The notes under the pieces were generated by a model that was not told the DNA's origin, searched no databases, and saw only the letters and a program-made list of their open reading frames with translations. Shown in pieces: positions 9,918-20,569 of a stretch of 64,000 bases of DNA (within the stretch, counting starts at the first letter, position 1; every line of letters starts with the position of its first letter). The stretch lies in assembly GCA_963710685.1 (NCBI GenBank), contig CAVQBH010000015.1, forward strand, positions 11,601 to 75,600. Reading direction: 5' to 3'. The position numbers and the translations under genes were made by a program. This DNA is from an uncultured Methanomassiliicoccales archaeon. GTDB lineage: Archaea > Thermoplasmatota > Thermoplasmata > Methanomassiliicoccales > UBA472.

Positions 9918-10373
9918 TCAATCTTTGCCCGGTCCGATCAGGGTCTTGCGCATGAGGTAGTTGTTCCCCTTCCTACACACCTTTCTGTATCCCAGGTGCC
10001 GGTAGAACCGGAGCGCCCCCTCGTTGGTCATTTGGACCACGAGCTCGACGCCTTCGTATTCGGCGTCCACGGCCTTGGCCTCGACATGCCTCATGATCAC
10101 CGTACCGAATCCGCGGCGCTGCAGGTCCTTCCATAGCTGGATCGAGGTCACGAACAGATACCGGTCGACCGATTCCAGGGAGACGTAGCCCGCTAGCTCG
10201 CCATCGACCATGGCCACTTCGGTGTCCACGTCCTTGGACATGAGCCACTCCAGCAGCGGCTCGTCCCTCCATTCCAGACCCCAGGCCGAACGGATGATGC
10301 TCGCCATGTTATCCCGGCTCATCTTCACCAGCAGCGGGATGTCACTGCGGTTCATGGCCCGGAAATGGATCAT
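9918..10373 (-). CDS. GNAT-family N-acetyltransferase
   Basis: LQRRGFGTVIMRHVE...NEGALRFYRHLGY is the acetyl-CoA binding motif A/B pattern. Confidence 0.85.
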   Translation of the reverse strand: MIHFRAMNRSDIPLLVKMSRDNMASIIRSAWGLEWRDEPLLEWLMSKDVDTEVAMVDGELAGYVSLESVDRYLFVTSIQLWKDLQRRGFGTVIMRHVEAKAVDAEYEGVELVVQMTNEGALRFYRHLGYRKVCRKGNNYLMRKTLIGPGKD

Positions 10374-10505
10374 CGGCCATCGTAGACTGGCCTCAATTCA
10401 AATACTCTTCGGCCCGCCTGAAAATCATGTCCTGCGATAAAAACCGACGTCCTAGCACAGATATTATATATCCGGTGGAATTTGGATACCCAATAGGTGA
10501 AAGAC

Positions 10506-10826
10506 ATGGTGGAAGTCACTGAAGAGGCCACTAAATACATCAAGGACCTGATCGCGAAGAACAGCAAACAGGGATTCGGTATCAGGATATACCTTTCAGG
10601 AATGGGCTGCTCTGGCCCGCAGTTCGGTATGTCCTTCCAGGACAAGGCCAAAGAGGGCGATATGGAACAGAAGGCGGACGAGTTCTCCCTGTTCTACGAC
10701 AAGGAGACGAAGGAGGTCCTCGACTCCTGCACGGTGGATTTCATCGAGACCCCGTACGGATCCGGTCTCATCGTCCACAACCCGAACATGGCGGGATGCA
10801 GCTCCTGCGGTGGCGGATGCCACTGA
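10506..10826 (+). CDS. Iron-sulfur cluster insertion protein (HesB/IscA/ErpA family)
   Basis: VTEEATKYIKDLI...GIRIYLSGMGCSGPQFGMSF...C-terminal CSSCGGGC. An alternative GTG start is at 10497, and a TATA-like ATATTATATAT is at about 10461. Confidence 0.85.
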   Translation: MVEVTEEATKYIKDLIAKNSKQGFGIRIYLSGMGCSGPQFGMSFQDKAKEGDMEQKADEFSLFYDKETKEVLDSCTVDFIETPYGSGLIVHNPNMAGCSSCGGGCH

Positions 10827-10887
10827 GGCAACACTAACCTTTTTCGGGGCCCTGCCCCAAATACTATTCTAATAAGACCGGATACTC

Positions 10888-12495
10888 ATGAACGTGTTCT
10901 TTGAGCATCCACTGATCAAGAAGGACGCGGTCGAACAGCGCGAATACCAGATCGACCTGGCCAGGCTGGCGCTGCGCTCCAATACACTGGTCGTTCTCCC
11001 CACCGGGATGGGCAAGACCGTTGTGGCTTTGATCGTCATGGCCAACGTCCTGCAGAAGCGCAAGGGCAAGGTTCTTCTCCTGGCCCCCACCAAACCGTTG
11101 GTGGACCAGCACGCTTCCTTTTTCCGGGAAATGTTCATCGGAAAATCGGTGACCGTTCTGACCGGCGAGGTGGACCCGGAGGAGCGGGAGGCGCTGTGGA
11201 TCCAGAACGATGTCATCGTCTCCACGCCCCAGGCCGTCGCCAACGACCTGAAGAACGAAAGGGTGTCGCTAAAGGACGTCCAGCTCATCGTTTTCGACGA
11301 AGCGCACCGGGCCATCGGCAGCTACGCCTATGTGGCGGTGGCCCAGCAGTACAAGGAATACGGCCGGCTGGTGCTCGGGATGACCGCCTCGCCGGGAGGC
11401 AGCAAGGCCAAGATCAAGGAGGTGTGCGAGAGCCTGGGCATCGTCGACATTGAGGTCCGGACGGAGTTCGACCCGGACGTGGCGCCATATGTCCAGGACG
11501 TGCTGATGCAGCACATCGAAGTGGATGTGCCGGTCGACCTGAGGAAGATCATCGCCATCCTTTCGTCGCTTTACGAAACGTACATCAAAGAACTGACCAA
11601 CCTGGGCATGTTGGACCGCGGGAGGCCGGTCAACATGCGGTACCTTCTTGATCTGCAGACGAACCTGCAGGCACGGCTCCGTTCCGGCGAGAAGAACAAG
11701 AACATCTACCGTGCGCTCAGCCTTCAGGCGATGGCGGTCAAGATGGAGCATGCGCTTGGCCTGGCCGAGACCCAGGGGACATCGGCGCTGAACGCGTACT
11801 TCGAACGCCTGGTGCTGGAGGCGAACTCGGACGAGGGTTCGAAGGCGTCCAGAGTGGTCGTCTCCTCGGAGCAGTTCAAGGACGTGCTGGAGCTGATGAA
11901 GACCATCCGCTCCGAACATCCAAAACTGTCCAAGGTCATGAGCATCGTCTCCCAGCAGGTGAACGACAAGCCCAACTCCAGGGTTCTGGTGTTCACCCAC
12001 TACCGGGATACCTGCGACCTCATGGCGAACAAGCTGGCGACCATACCGGGGGTCAAGGTGGCCAAATTGGTGGGACAGGCCGACCGGGTCGGCGAGAAGG
12101 GCCTCAGCCAGAAGGGCCAGGTGGGCGTTCTGGATAAGTTCCGGAACGGCGATTATAACGTGGTCGTAGCCACCTCGGTGGGAGAAGAAGGACTGGACGT
12201 GGCCCAGACCGACCTCGTGGTGTTCTATGAACCGGTGGCGTCCGAGATCCGTTCGATCCAAAGAAGGGGCAGGACGGGAAGGAAGCGGGCCGGCCGGGTG
12301 GTCATACTGATCACCAAGGACACCAGGGACCAGGCCTACTATTACGCCAGCATCAAGAAGGAGTCGGCAATGCGCAAGCGGCTGAAGGCGCTGAGCGAGG
12401 AGCTCAAGCAAGATAAGGCCGGATCCAAGGAGGAGGGGCCCTACCCCGAAAAGAAGCCGATGAAGCCCGGACAGGCCTCCCTGTCCGATTTCTGA
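10888..12495 (+). CDS. hef: Hef/FANCM-type SF2 helicase (helicase module only)
   Basis: REYQIDLA..VLPTGMGKT (motif I), VFDEAHRA (motif II), and a C-terminal helicase lobe with TSVGEEGLDV and IQRRGRTGR. It ends in a Lys/Glu-rich tail, and I see no ERCC4 nuclease domain. Confidence 0.8.
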   Translation: MNVFFEHPLIKKDAVEQREYQIDLARLALRSNTLVVLPTGMGKTVVALIVMANVLQKRKGKVLLLAPTKPLVDQHASFFREMFIGKSVTVLTGEVDPEEREALWIQNDVIVSTPQAVANDLKNERVSLKDVQLIVFDEAHRAIGSYAYVAVAQQYKEYGRLVLGMTASPGGSKAKIKEVCESLGIVDIEVRTEFDPDVAPYVQDVLMQHIEVDVPVDLRKIIAILSSLYETYIKELTNLGMLDRGRPVNMRYLLDLQTNLQARLRSGEKNKNIYRALSLQAMAVKMEHALGLAETQGTSALNAYFERLVLEANSDEGSKASRVVVSSEQFKDVLELMKTIRSEHPKLSKVMSIVSQQVNDKPNSRVLVFTHYRDTCDLMANKLATIPGVKVAKLVGQADRVGEKGLSQKGQVGVLDKFRNGDYNVVVATSVGEEGLDVAQTDLVVFYEPVASEIRSIQRRGRTGRKRAGRVVILITKDTRDQAYYYASIKKESAMRKRLKALSEELKQDKAGSKEEGPYPEKKPMKPGQASLSDF

Positions 12496-12551
12496 GCCTG
12501 GAGACCGCCCGAATCGACCGCCGAACGCCTCAGAGGGGCAGCGGTCCGACC

Positions 12552-13274
12552 ATGTCTCGGGCGGCGTTTCTAGGAACGAAGCTATCTTATGAAATGACCA
12601 GGTATGCTGGACGGGATGCTATGACCTATTACGATATTGAGGAACAGAACCGGGTCCTTGACCATCTGATCGGATCGAGGCACACGGTCCGCAAATTCAA
12701 GAACGAGGCGCCTGCGAAAGAAATGATCCAGAAGATCCTCCAGGCGGGGATGCTCGCCCCTTACGCCCAGATAGTGACGACCCAGGACGATTTCCGCCGG
12801 TTCGTGGTCATTCCGAGGGAGAGCGAGGCCACGCCTAAGGCGGCAGCGCTGCTGAGGAAAAGGGCCACCGCCCTATTCGGTGAACTTAAGGACAAGATGC
12901 AGCAGAACGAGTTCTACCGGAACAATGGGGTCAAATATCTGGGACGTCTCGAAGCGATCGGCCCTAAGGGAATGCCCTTGCTGGGGAACGCACCCTATTA
13001 TGTGGTCGTGGCCGACCAGAAGGTGGTGCTGGACAAATCGGGCTTGGCCCTGGCCCACTGCCTGCAGAACATGTGGCTCAAGGCGACCGCATTGGGACTG
13101 GGATTCCAATTGCTCACCCTCACGGAGGAAATGGCCGGCGATAGGGGATTCTGCGAGCTCATCGGCATCCCCTACGGGGAATACGTCCTGGACGGCTGCC
13201 TCATCGGATACCCTGATGCTCCGCCGGTGATGTCGAAAAGACCTCCTCTGGACGAGATGACGAGATGGATCTGA
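12552..13274 (+). CDS. Nitroreductase-family protein
   Basis: SRHTVRKFKNEAPAKEMIQKILQAGMLAPYA is the typical nitroreductase N-terminal signature. The start is uncertain because there are several in-frame ATGs. Confidence 0.8.
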   Translation: MSRAAFLGTKLSYEMTRYAGRDAMTYYDIEEQNRVLDHLIGSRHTVRKFKNEAPAKEMIQKILQAGMLAPYAQIVTTQDDFRRFVVIPRESEATPKAAALLRKRATALFGELKDKMQQNEFYRNNGVKYLGRLEAIGPKGMPLLGNAPYYVVVADQKVVLDKSGLALAHCLQNMWLKATALGLGFQLLTLTEEMAGDRGFCELIGIPYGEYVLDGCLIGYPDAPPVMSKRPPLDEMTRWI

Positions 13275-13337
13275 GCCACTTCGGTCCGGCGGCCGTCTAG
13301 CGTCAAGACCTATATACGCCAAATCCGTTAACAGGTC

Positions 13338-15098
13338 ATGCTGTTCCGGGAACTGGTCGACACTTATGAGAAGCTCGACAAGACGTCGAGCCGGCTCGAG
13401 ATGACCGACATTCTGTCCCGGTTCTTCAAGGTGGCGGACCGCGGTTCCTTGCGAAAGTTGGTGTATCTCACCCAGGGGCAGCTCTACCCGGACTTCAACC
13501 CGCAGAAGCTGGGAATGGCCGACAAGTTGCTCTTCCGAACGCTCGCCTTCGCCACCGGGAGGAAGGAGGCGGCCATACAGGAAATGATGATCAAGGAGGG
13601 GGACCCCGGGCAGGTGGCCTTCCAGTTGTTCCAGGGCAGGAAGCAGACCACCCTGTTCTCGGAACCGCTCACGCTGGACCGGGTCTACGCCGCGCTGGAA
13701 AAGATCGCGACATCGGAGGGGGGAGGCTCGCAGGACACCAAGATGAAGCTCCTGGCGGACATCCTGGGCGATTCCAGTCCGGAGGAGGCCAAGTACATCT
13801 CCCGCATCGTCTCGGGAAAGATGCGCCTGGGTGTGGCGACGATGACGATCATCGATGCGCTGGCGACGGCCTTCGCCAGCAAGGATGAGCGAGACGTCGT
13901 TGAGAACGGATTCAACGTCTCTTCCGACCTGGGACTGGTGGCGGAGATCATCCGGGAGAAGGGGATCGACGGCGTCAGAGAGATGAAGGTCAGGGTGGGG
14001 AACCCCATCAGGGCGATGCTGGCGGAACGATTACCTTCGCCCAGGGAGATCCTGGAGAAGATGGGCGGGACCGCCGCCTTCGAATACAAGTACGACGGGG
14101 TGAGGGTCCAGGCGCACATCGACCATGGTAAGATAACGCTCTACTCGAGGCGGCTGGAGGTGCTCACGGGCCAGTTCCCGGACGTGGTCAAGGCCCTGGG
14201 TGAATCGTTCAAGGCCAGCACCGCCATCGTCGAAGGGGAGTGCGTCCCGGTCGACATAAACACCGGAGAGTTCCTTCCGTTCCAGGAGGTCTCCCACCGA
14301 CGCGGAAGGAAGCACGGCCTGGAAGAGGCCATAGAAGATTATCCGGTCAGGATGTGCCTTTTCGACTGCCTATACCTGGAGGGAGAGGACATCACCCAGG
14401 AGCCATTGCTCAAGCGAAGGGCGGCATTGCAGTCGGCGGTGCAACTCTCGGAGTCGGTGAGACTGTCGGAGATGCAGGTCCTGTCGGACGAGGCAAGCGT
14501 GGAGAAGTTCTTCCAGGAGGCCTTGAAGGACGGCTGCGAGGGACTGATGGCCAAGTCCATCGCCACCGAATCGGTCTATCGCGCCGGCAGCCGCGGCTTC
14601 CTTTGGATCAAGTACAAGAAGGAATACCGCTCGGAGATGACCGACACCGTCGATCTGGTGGTCGTCGGCGGCTTTGCCGGAAGGGGCAAGCGCAAGGGCT
14701 TCTACGGGGCGTTGCTTATGGCCACCTATAACTCCCAGGAGGACACCTTCGAGACCGTGTCCAAGCTGGGCAGCGGGTTCGACGACGCCGCGCTCGCTTC
14801 CATGGTGACATTGCTCGAGAAGTACAAACAGCCGGACAAGCACCACCTGGTCAGGAGCAACTTGGCAGCGGACTTCTGGTTCGAACCAGGCATGGTCCTG
14901 GAGGTGCTCGGTGCGGAGATCACGCTCTCGCCGATACATACCTGCGCCTACGGAAAGATACGCAAGGATGCCGGACTGGCCATAAGGTTCCCCCGTTTCA
15001 CCGGAAAGGTACGGGATGACAAGGGGCCCAGAGAGGCGACGACCACGGACGAGCTGGAGAACATGTACCGTTCCCAGCTGAAGAAGGTCGAGGATTGA
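13338..15098 (+). CDS. lig: ATP-dependent DNA ligase
   Basis: 586 aa with the adenylation motif FEYKYDGVRVQAH (KxDG), EGLMAK, and WIKYKKEY. Confidence 0.95.
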   Translation: MLFRELVDTYEKLDKTSSRLEMTDILSRFFKVADRGSLRKLVYLTQGQLYPDFNPQKLGMADKLLFRTLAFATGRKEAAIQEMMIKEGDPGQVAFQLFQGRKQTTLFSEPLTLDRVYAALEKIATSEGGGSQDTKMKLLADILGDSSPEEAKYISRIVSGKMRLGVATMTIIDALATAFASKDERDVVENGFNVSSDLGLVAEIIREKGIDGVREMKVRVGNPIRAMLAERLPSPREILEKMGGTAAFEYKYDGVRVQAHIDHGKITLYSRRLEVLTGQFPDVVKALGESFKASTAIVEGECVPVDINTGEFLPFQEVSHRRGRKHGLEEAIEDYPVRMCLFDCLYLEGEDITQEPLLKRRAALQSAVQLSESVRLSEMQVLSDEASVEKFFQEALKDGCEGLMAKSIATESVYRAGSRGFLWIKYKKEYRSEMTDTVDLVVVGGFAGRGKRKGFYGALLMATYNSQEDTFETVSKLGSGFDDAALASMVTLLEKYKQPDKHHLVRSNLAADFWFEPGMVLEVLGAEITLSPIHTCAYGKIRKDAGLAIRFPRFTGKVRDDKGPREATTTDELENMYRSQLKKVED

Positions 15099-15122
15099 AC
15101 CCGGCCATTACGGCGCGGGGTC

Positions 15123-16361
15123 TCAAGGGCCGTAGGGCGGCCTGAGATATCCGTTCGGGTCCTGGACCGGCCTCGGCCCGGTCGGTTTGGGAGCGTCGAA
15201 CAATTGCCACAGGAACAGGCCCAGGAATGGTGCAGACAATATCGCGGCGGTGACGACCTTGGCCCCCAGCGAGAACTCGTCGGGCATGAAGACCAGGATG
15301 ATCGACGCCAATGACAGCAGGGCTAGGAACCCGCCGAGGATCAGCAGGATGAAGCCCTTGAGATACTTGCCCATGTAGATGTGACCCATGCCCATGACCC
15401 CGAGCAGTCCGGGGACGCCGGCAAGGATCATTGCCAGACGCGGACTTTTGCCGCGCAGGTTCGTCGGTTGCATTAACGGGTAGGGCCCGTATCCATCACC
15501 GAGCGACAAGGGGGCGGGGACATCCTGCGTCTGGAACTGATTCCCCTTCAGGTAAGGCGGGTTCTGGCCTGGCCGAGGATAATCGCCCGGTGTCCCCGGC
15601 TGTTCATATTGTGCCGGCGGAGAATGGATGATCGAGGGCGGTTCCTTAGCCATCCGGGGAGCGAACGGGTCGAGCGGGTCCATTCCCTTGGTGATCATCC
15701 GGCCACAGCTGGGGCAGAAACCCAGGTCATCGGTGAACGAATATCCGCATCCCAGGCATGTTCTCGTCTCCGGACTTGCGACCACCCTCACCTTGTGAGG
15801 GGAAGCGATCGGATTGCCACGCAGGTCGGTCCTCTCCACCTTCATTTGCCATTCGGTTCCGAGCCAGATGGAAAAGGAGTTGATATCGGAGATGGCCCGG
15901 TAACCGGTCCGGTATGACTTTCCGTCGATCGATCCAAAGATCAATTCGGCCGTATTGCTCCCCACCATTCTCGGATCGGTTATGAAAGAGGCACGGACCG
16001 AAACGATCCGGTCTTTCGCCAGGAACAAAACCCTTCCCCTCATCCGGTCCCACAGGTATTTGGGAAATTGTATGCCGTTGTCGTAAAAGACGATCTTATG
16101 CCAGCTTTTACCGAACAATGACTGGTAGAAAAGGAACACAATGATTTCCAGTGCCCCGAAAAGAACCATCGCCAGAATGTAGAGGGTCCGGAGGAATGGA
16201 TCTTCCTCAGAATAGATGAGAGCGAGGAACGCCAGAACGCTGACCATCGCCACTGTGCTCAGAGGTATGGCCCAGGCCACCATTTTCTTTGCCTTGACAT
16301 TGGGGTCCGTGACCTCCAGTGTCCTGACCGGATTTCCTCGGTTATCGCCATGGTCGACCAA
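15123..16361 (-). CDS. Membrane protein with an internal zinc ribbon and a C-terminal TM2-like domain
   Basis: N-terminal TM pair, CLGCGYSF..FCPSCG zinc ribbon, a Pro/Gly/Tyr-rich linker, and a C-terminal GHIYMGKYLKG plus TM helices. Confidence 0.5.
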   Translation of the reverse strand: MVDHGDNRGNPVRTLEVTDPNVKAKKMVAWAIPLSTVAMVSVLAFLALIYSEEDPFLRTLYILAMVLFGALEIIVFLFYQSLFGKSWHKIVFYDNGIQFPKYLWDRMRGRVLFLAKDRIVSVRASFITDPRMVGSNTAELIFGSIDGKSYRTGYRAISDINSFSIWLGTEWQMKVERTDLRGNPIASPHKVRVVASPETRTCLGCGYSFTDDLGFCPSCGRMITKGMDPLDPFAPRMAKEPPSIIHSPPAQYEQPGTPGDYPRPGQNPPYLKGNQFQTQDVPAPLSLGDGYGPYPLMQPTNLRGKSPRLAMILAGVPGLLGVMGMGHIYMGKYLKGFILLILGGFLALLSLASIILVFMPDEFSLGAKVVTAAILSAPFLGLFLWQLFDAPKPTGPRPVQDPNGYLRPPYGP

Positions 16362-16853
16362 ACTACACCCACACTAGACTAAGGCAAGCCCATCAGATAT
16401 TGATTACTATGGCAAGCGGGATCCGACCTTCAAATCGATTGAAGATGATGACGTAACCAGGCTGGGCGAAAGAACGGAATATCTGGTCCTGATCGATTTA
16501 GGGTCTGCATTGCTAGTTTGTCGAGTCAAAGCATGCTCATTCCAAAGGGACACCAATATTCCAATTGAATTCATTATTTTTCAAGCCCGATCCCCTTTGA
16601 TTTGTGTTTGGTCGGAGGCCAGTTTGTACTCATGCGTTCAATTTGGAATCCTATTGCCTGAATATTGTGATTCCTATTGTACATTTTATCTACTATTCCA
16701 ATAGTTATTGCACAAATGTCTCGTTAGCAAAGCTTTTATTGCTATTTTGAATAACCCTGGATAAGTTTGTGAGACAATTAAACAGAACGAAACATTCGAG
16801 TCTCCAACGAATCTTCCAAGAATTCCAGTCATATAGCATCCTTTGGTGATCAA

Positions 16854-18529
<1,676 letters not shown>

Positions 18530-18942
18530 CGGCCCCGGTCCGCCTTTCTATCTTCTCAAGATCGATGGCGAATAACATCAAAGAACCGGGCGATGCCCTT
18601 CCCTTGTGCGCCGAACTGCGACAGTCACCGAACGAAGGTCTCGACATTCTTGGCTCCGGTCATCCGATGGAGCATCGTTTGAGGCGTCGTCATCCGTGAC
18701 GTTCGAAACGTGGAATCAAAAGAGAAGGAGCACATCTTCCCATCCGGGTTCTCGGCTTCGTCCAAGATTGATCACCATTTCCGGGCCTGGTTCAGACTGG
18801 CTTTCTCGAAATGATGTTCAACACCACAGACCATCACGAAGGAAGACTCGGCACAACTCCCTTCCAATCCGCCAGGGTCGTCTGGACATCCGAGCGAAGG
18901 AATGAGAAAGTTTTATAGACACCTCCAATATAGGTGGCAGTC

Positions 18943-19218
18943 ATGGAGATTATACAGATAGAGAAGGACAAGGATTCCATCCTTATCCAGATCAAGGAGG
19001 CGGACATGACCCTGATCTCTCCTCTGGTCAAGGAGCTTCTCGAAGACGAAATGATCGCAGAGGTGAAGTACACCGCTGGACACCCTGACCTGGAGATCCC
19101 TACTCTTTATGTTAAGGTCAAGAGCGGCAAGCCCCAGACCGCCCTGAAACGGGCCGCCAAGGCGCTTTCCAACGAGTTCAAGGAAGCTCGAGAGAAGCTC
19201 GAAAAGGACCTGAAGTAG
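18943..19218 (+). CDS. rpoL: DNA-directed RNA polymerase subunit L (Rpo11)
   Basis: MEIIQIEKDKDSILIQIKEADMTLISPLVKELLEDEMIAEVKYTAGHPDLEIPTLYVKV matches the RpoL/Rpb11 pattern. Confidence 0.85.
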   Translation: MEIIQIEKDKDSILIQIKEADMTLISPLVKELLEDEMIAEVKYTAGHPDLEIPTLYVKVKSGKPQTALKRAAKALSNEFKEAREKLEKDLK

Positions 19219-19220
19219 TC

Positions 19221-20524
19221 ATGGTCTATTCCGAGAACCCGAACCGTGAGCGGGAGATCGGCATCGAGGTCTTTTATACCTCCACCAAGGGGACCGGGGG
19301 ACGCCTCAAGGTCAACTACGAGGACTTCACGGTCAACGAGATTTCCATTTTTCCGGAGAGGTCGGAGGACGGCAAATACGCCATCGCCAAGATCACCTCC
19401 ACCAACTGGGAGACGAACCGATTGGTGCGAATGATCTCCAAGAACCTGGGCATCACTCGCAACAAGATCACGTTCGCGGGCACGAAGGACAAGCGGGCGA
19501 TCACCTCGCAGCTGTTCTCCATCGAGGCCCCGGTGGAATCGGTGCGCGCGCTGAGCATGCACCAGGTGGTGGTCGAGGACGTCTACGCCTCGAAGAAGCA
19601 CATCACCATCGGCGATCTGATCGGCAACTCGTTCCAGATCAAACTGCGTAACACACAGCTCAAGGGGGAGGAGATGGCGTCGTCAGTCGCTCAGACCCGC
19701 AACGACCTCGAGGCCCTGGGCGGTTTCCCCAACTTCTTCGGAGTACAGCGATTCGGTTCCATAAGACCGGTCACCCATCTGGTCGGCAGGCACATCGTCC
19801 ATGGCGACTTCGAGAAGGCGGTCATGGTCTACATCGGCAACCCGAACGATGAGGAGGACGATAGTTCCCGCCTGCCGCGCCAGCGTCTCCAGGAGACCAT
19901 GGACCTCGAGGAGGCGATGCGGGACTTCCCGAGGACCCTCACGTTCGAACGCATGCTCATCGGCTGGCTGATCAGGAATCCGGGTGATTGGTCCGGCGCG
20001 ATCAGGACACTGCCCCCGAACCTGCAGATGATGTTCGTGCACGCCTACCAATCATACCTGTTCAACCTCATCCTCAGCGAACGCATCCGGCGGGGCATCC
20101 CCCTGGACCGTCCGGTCGTGGGGGACGTGGTGCTTCCGGCCGACAGGACCGGCTATGCCGACCACGACAAACCGGTGCCGGTGACGAAGTTCAACCTGGA
20201 CCTGGTGGAGAAGAGCCTGCGGGAGCGCAAGGCATACCTCTCGGGGATACTGTTCGGCTCCGAGTCCAAGTACGCCGAGGGCGAGATGGGGGAGATCGAA
20301 CGGAAGGTCGTGGAAAGGAAGGGGTGAAGCTGGAGGACTTCGTGGTGCCGCAGATCTCGGAGTGCAGCTCCAAGGGTTCGAGGCGCGAGATGCTGGCCCC
20401 TTTCAAGGACCTGAAGCTGAATTGCGCCGAGGACTCCGTGGACATCGCGTTCACCCTGGGAAAAGGATGCTACGCCACCGTCATGCTGCGCGAGTTCATG
20501 AAATCGGACCTGCTCGACTATTGA
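19221..20524 (+). pseudogene. truD: tRNA pseudouridine(13) synthase TruD/Pus7, frame-shifted at G-run 20321-20324
   Basis: FAGTKDKRAITSQ (catalytic Asp motif) and FPNFFGVQRFG lie in frame 0. The conserved C-terminus (..SRREMLAPF...FTLGKGCYATVMLREFMK) is in the frame of ORF 19988..20524. One extra G would fuse them as ..VERKGVKLEDF... Confidence 0.85.
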
Positions 20525-20569
20525 GGGGACGGTTCTCCTATTTCGAACAATAGATGATGAATAAATGGT

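Noticed and set aside
18606-18905. 99-aa plus-strand ORF in the glnK-rpoL spacer.
   Set aside because: It has an Arg/Ser-rich composition, no start context and no motifs. The minus-strand frame, although interrupted, looks more protein-like.
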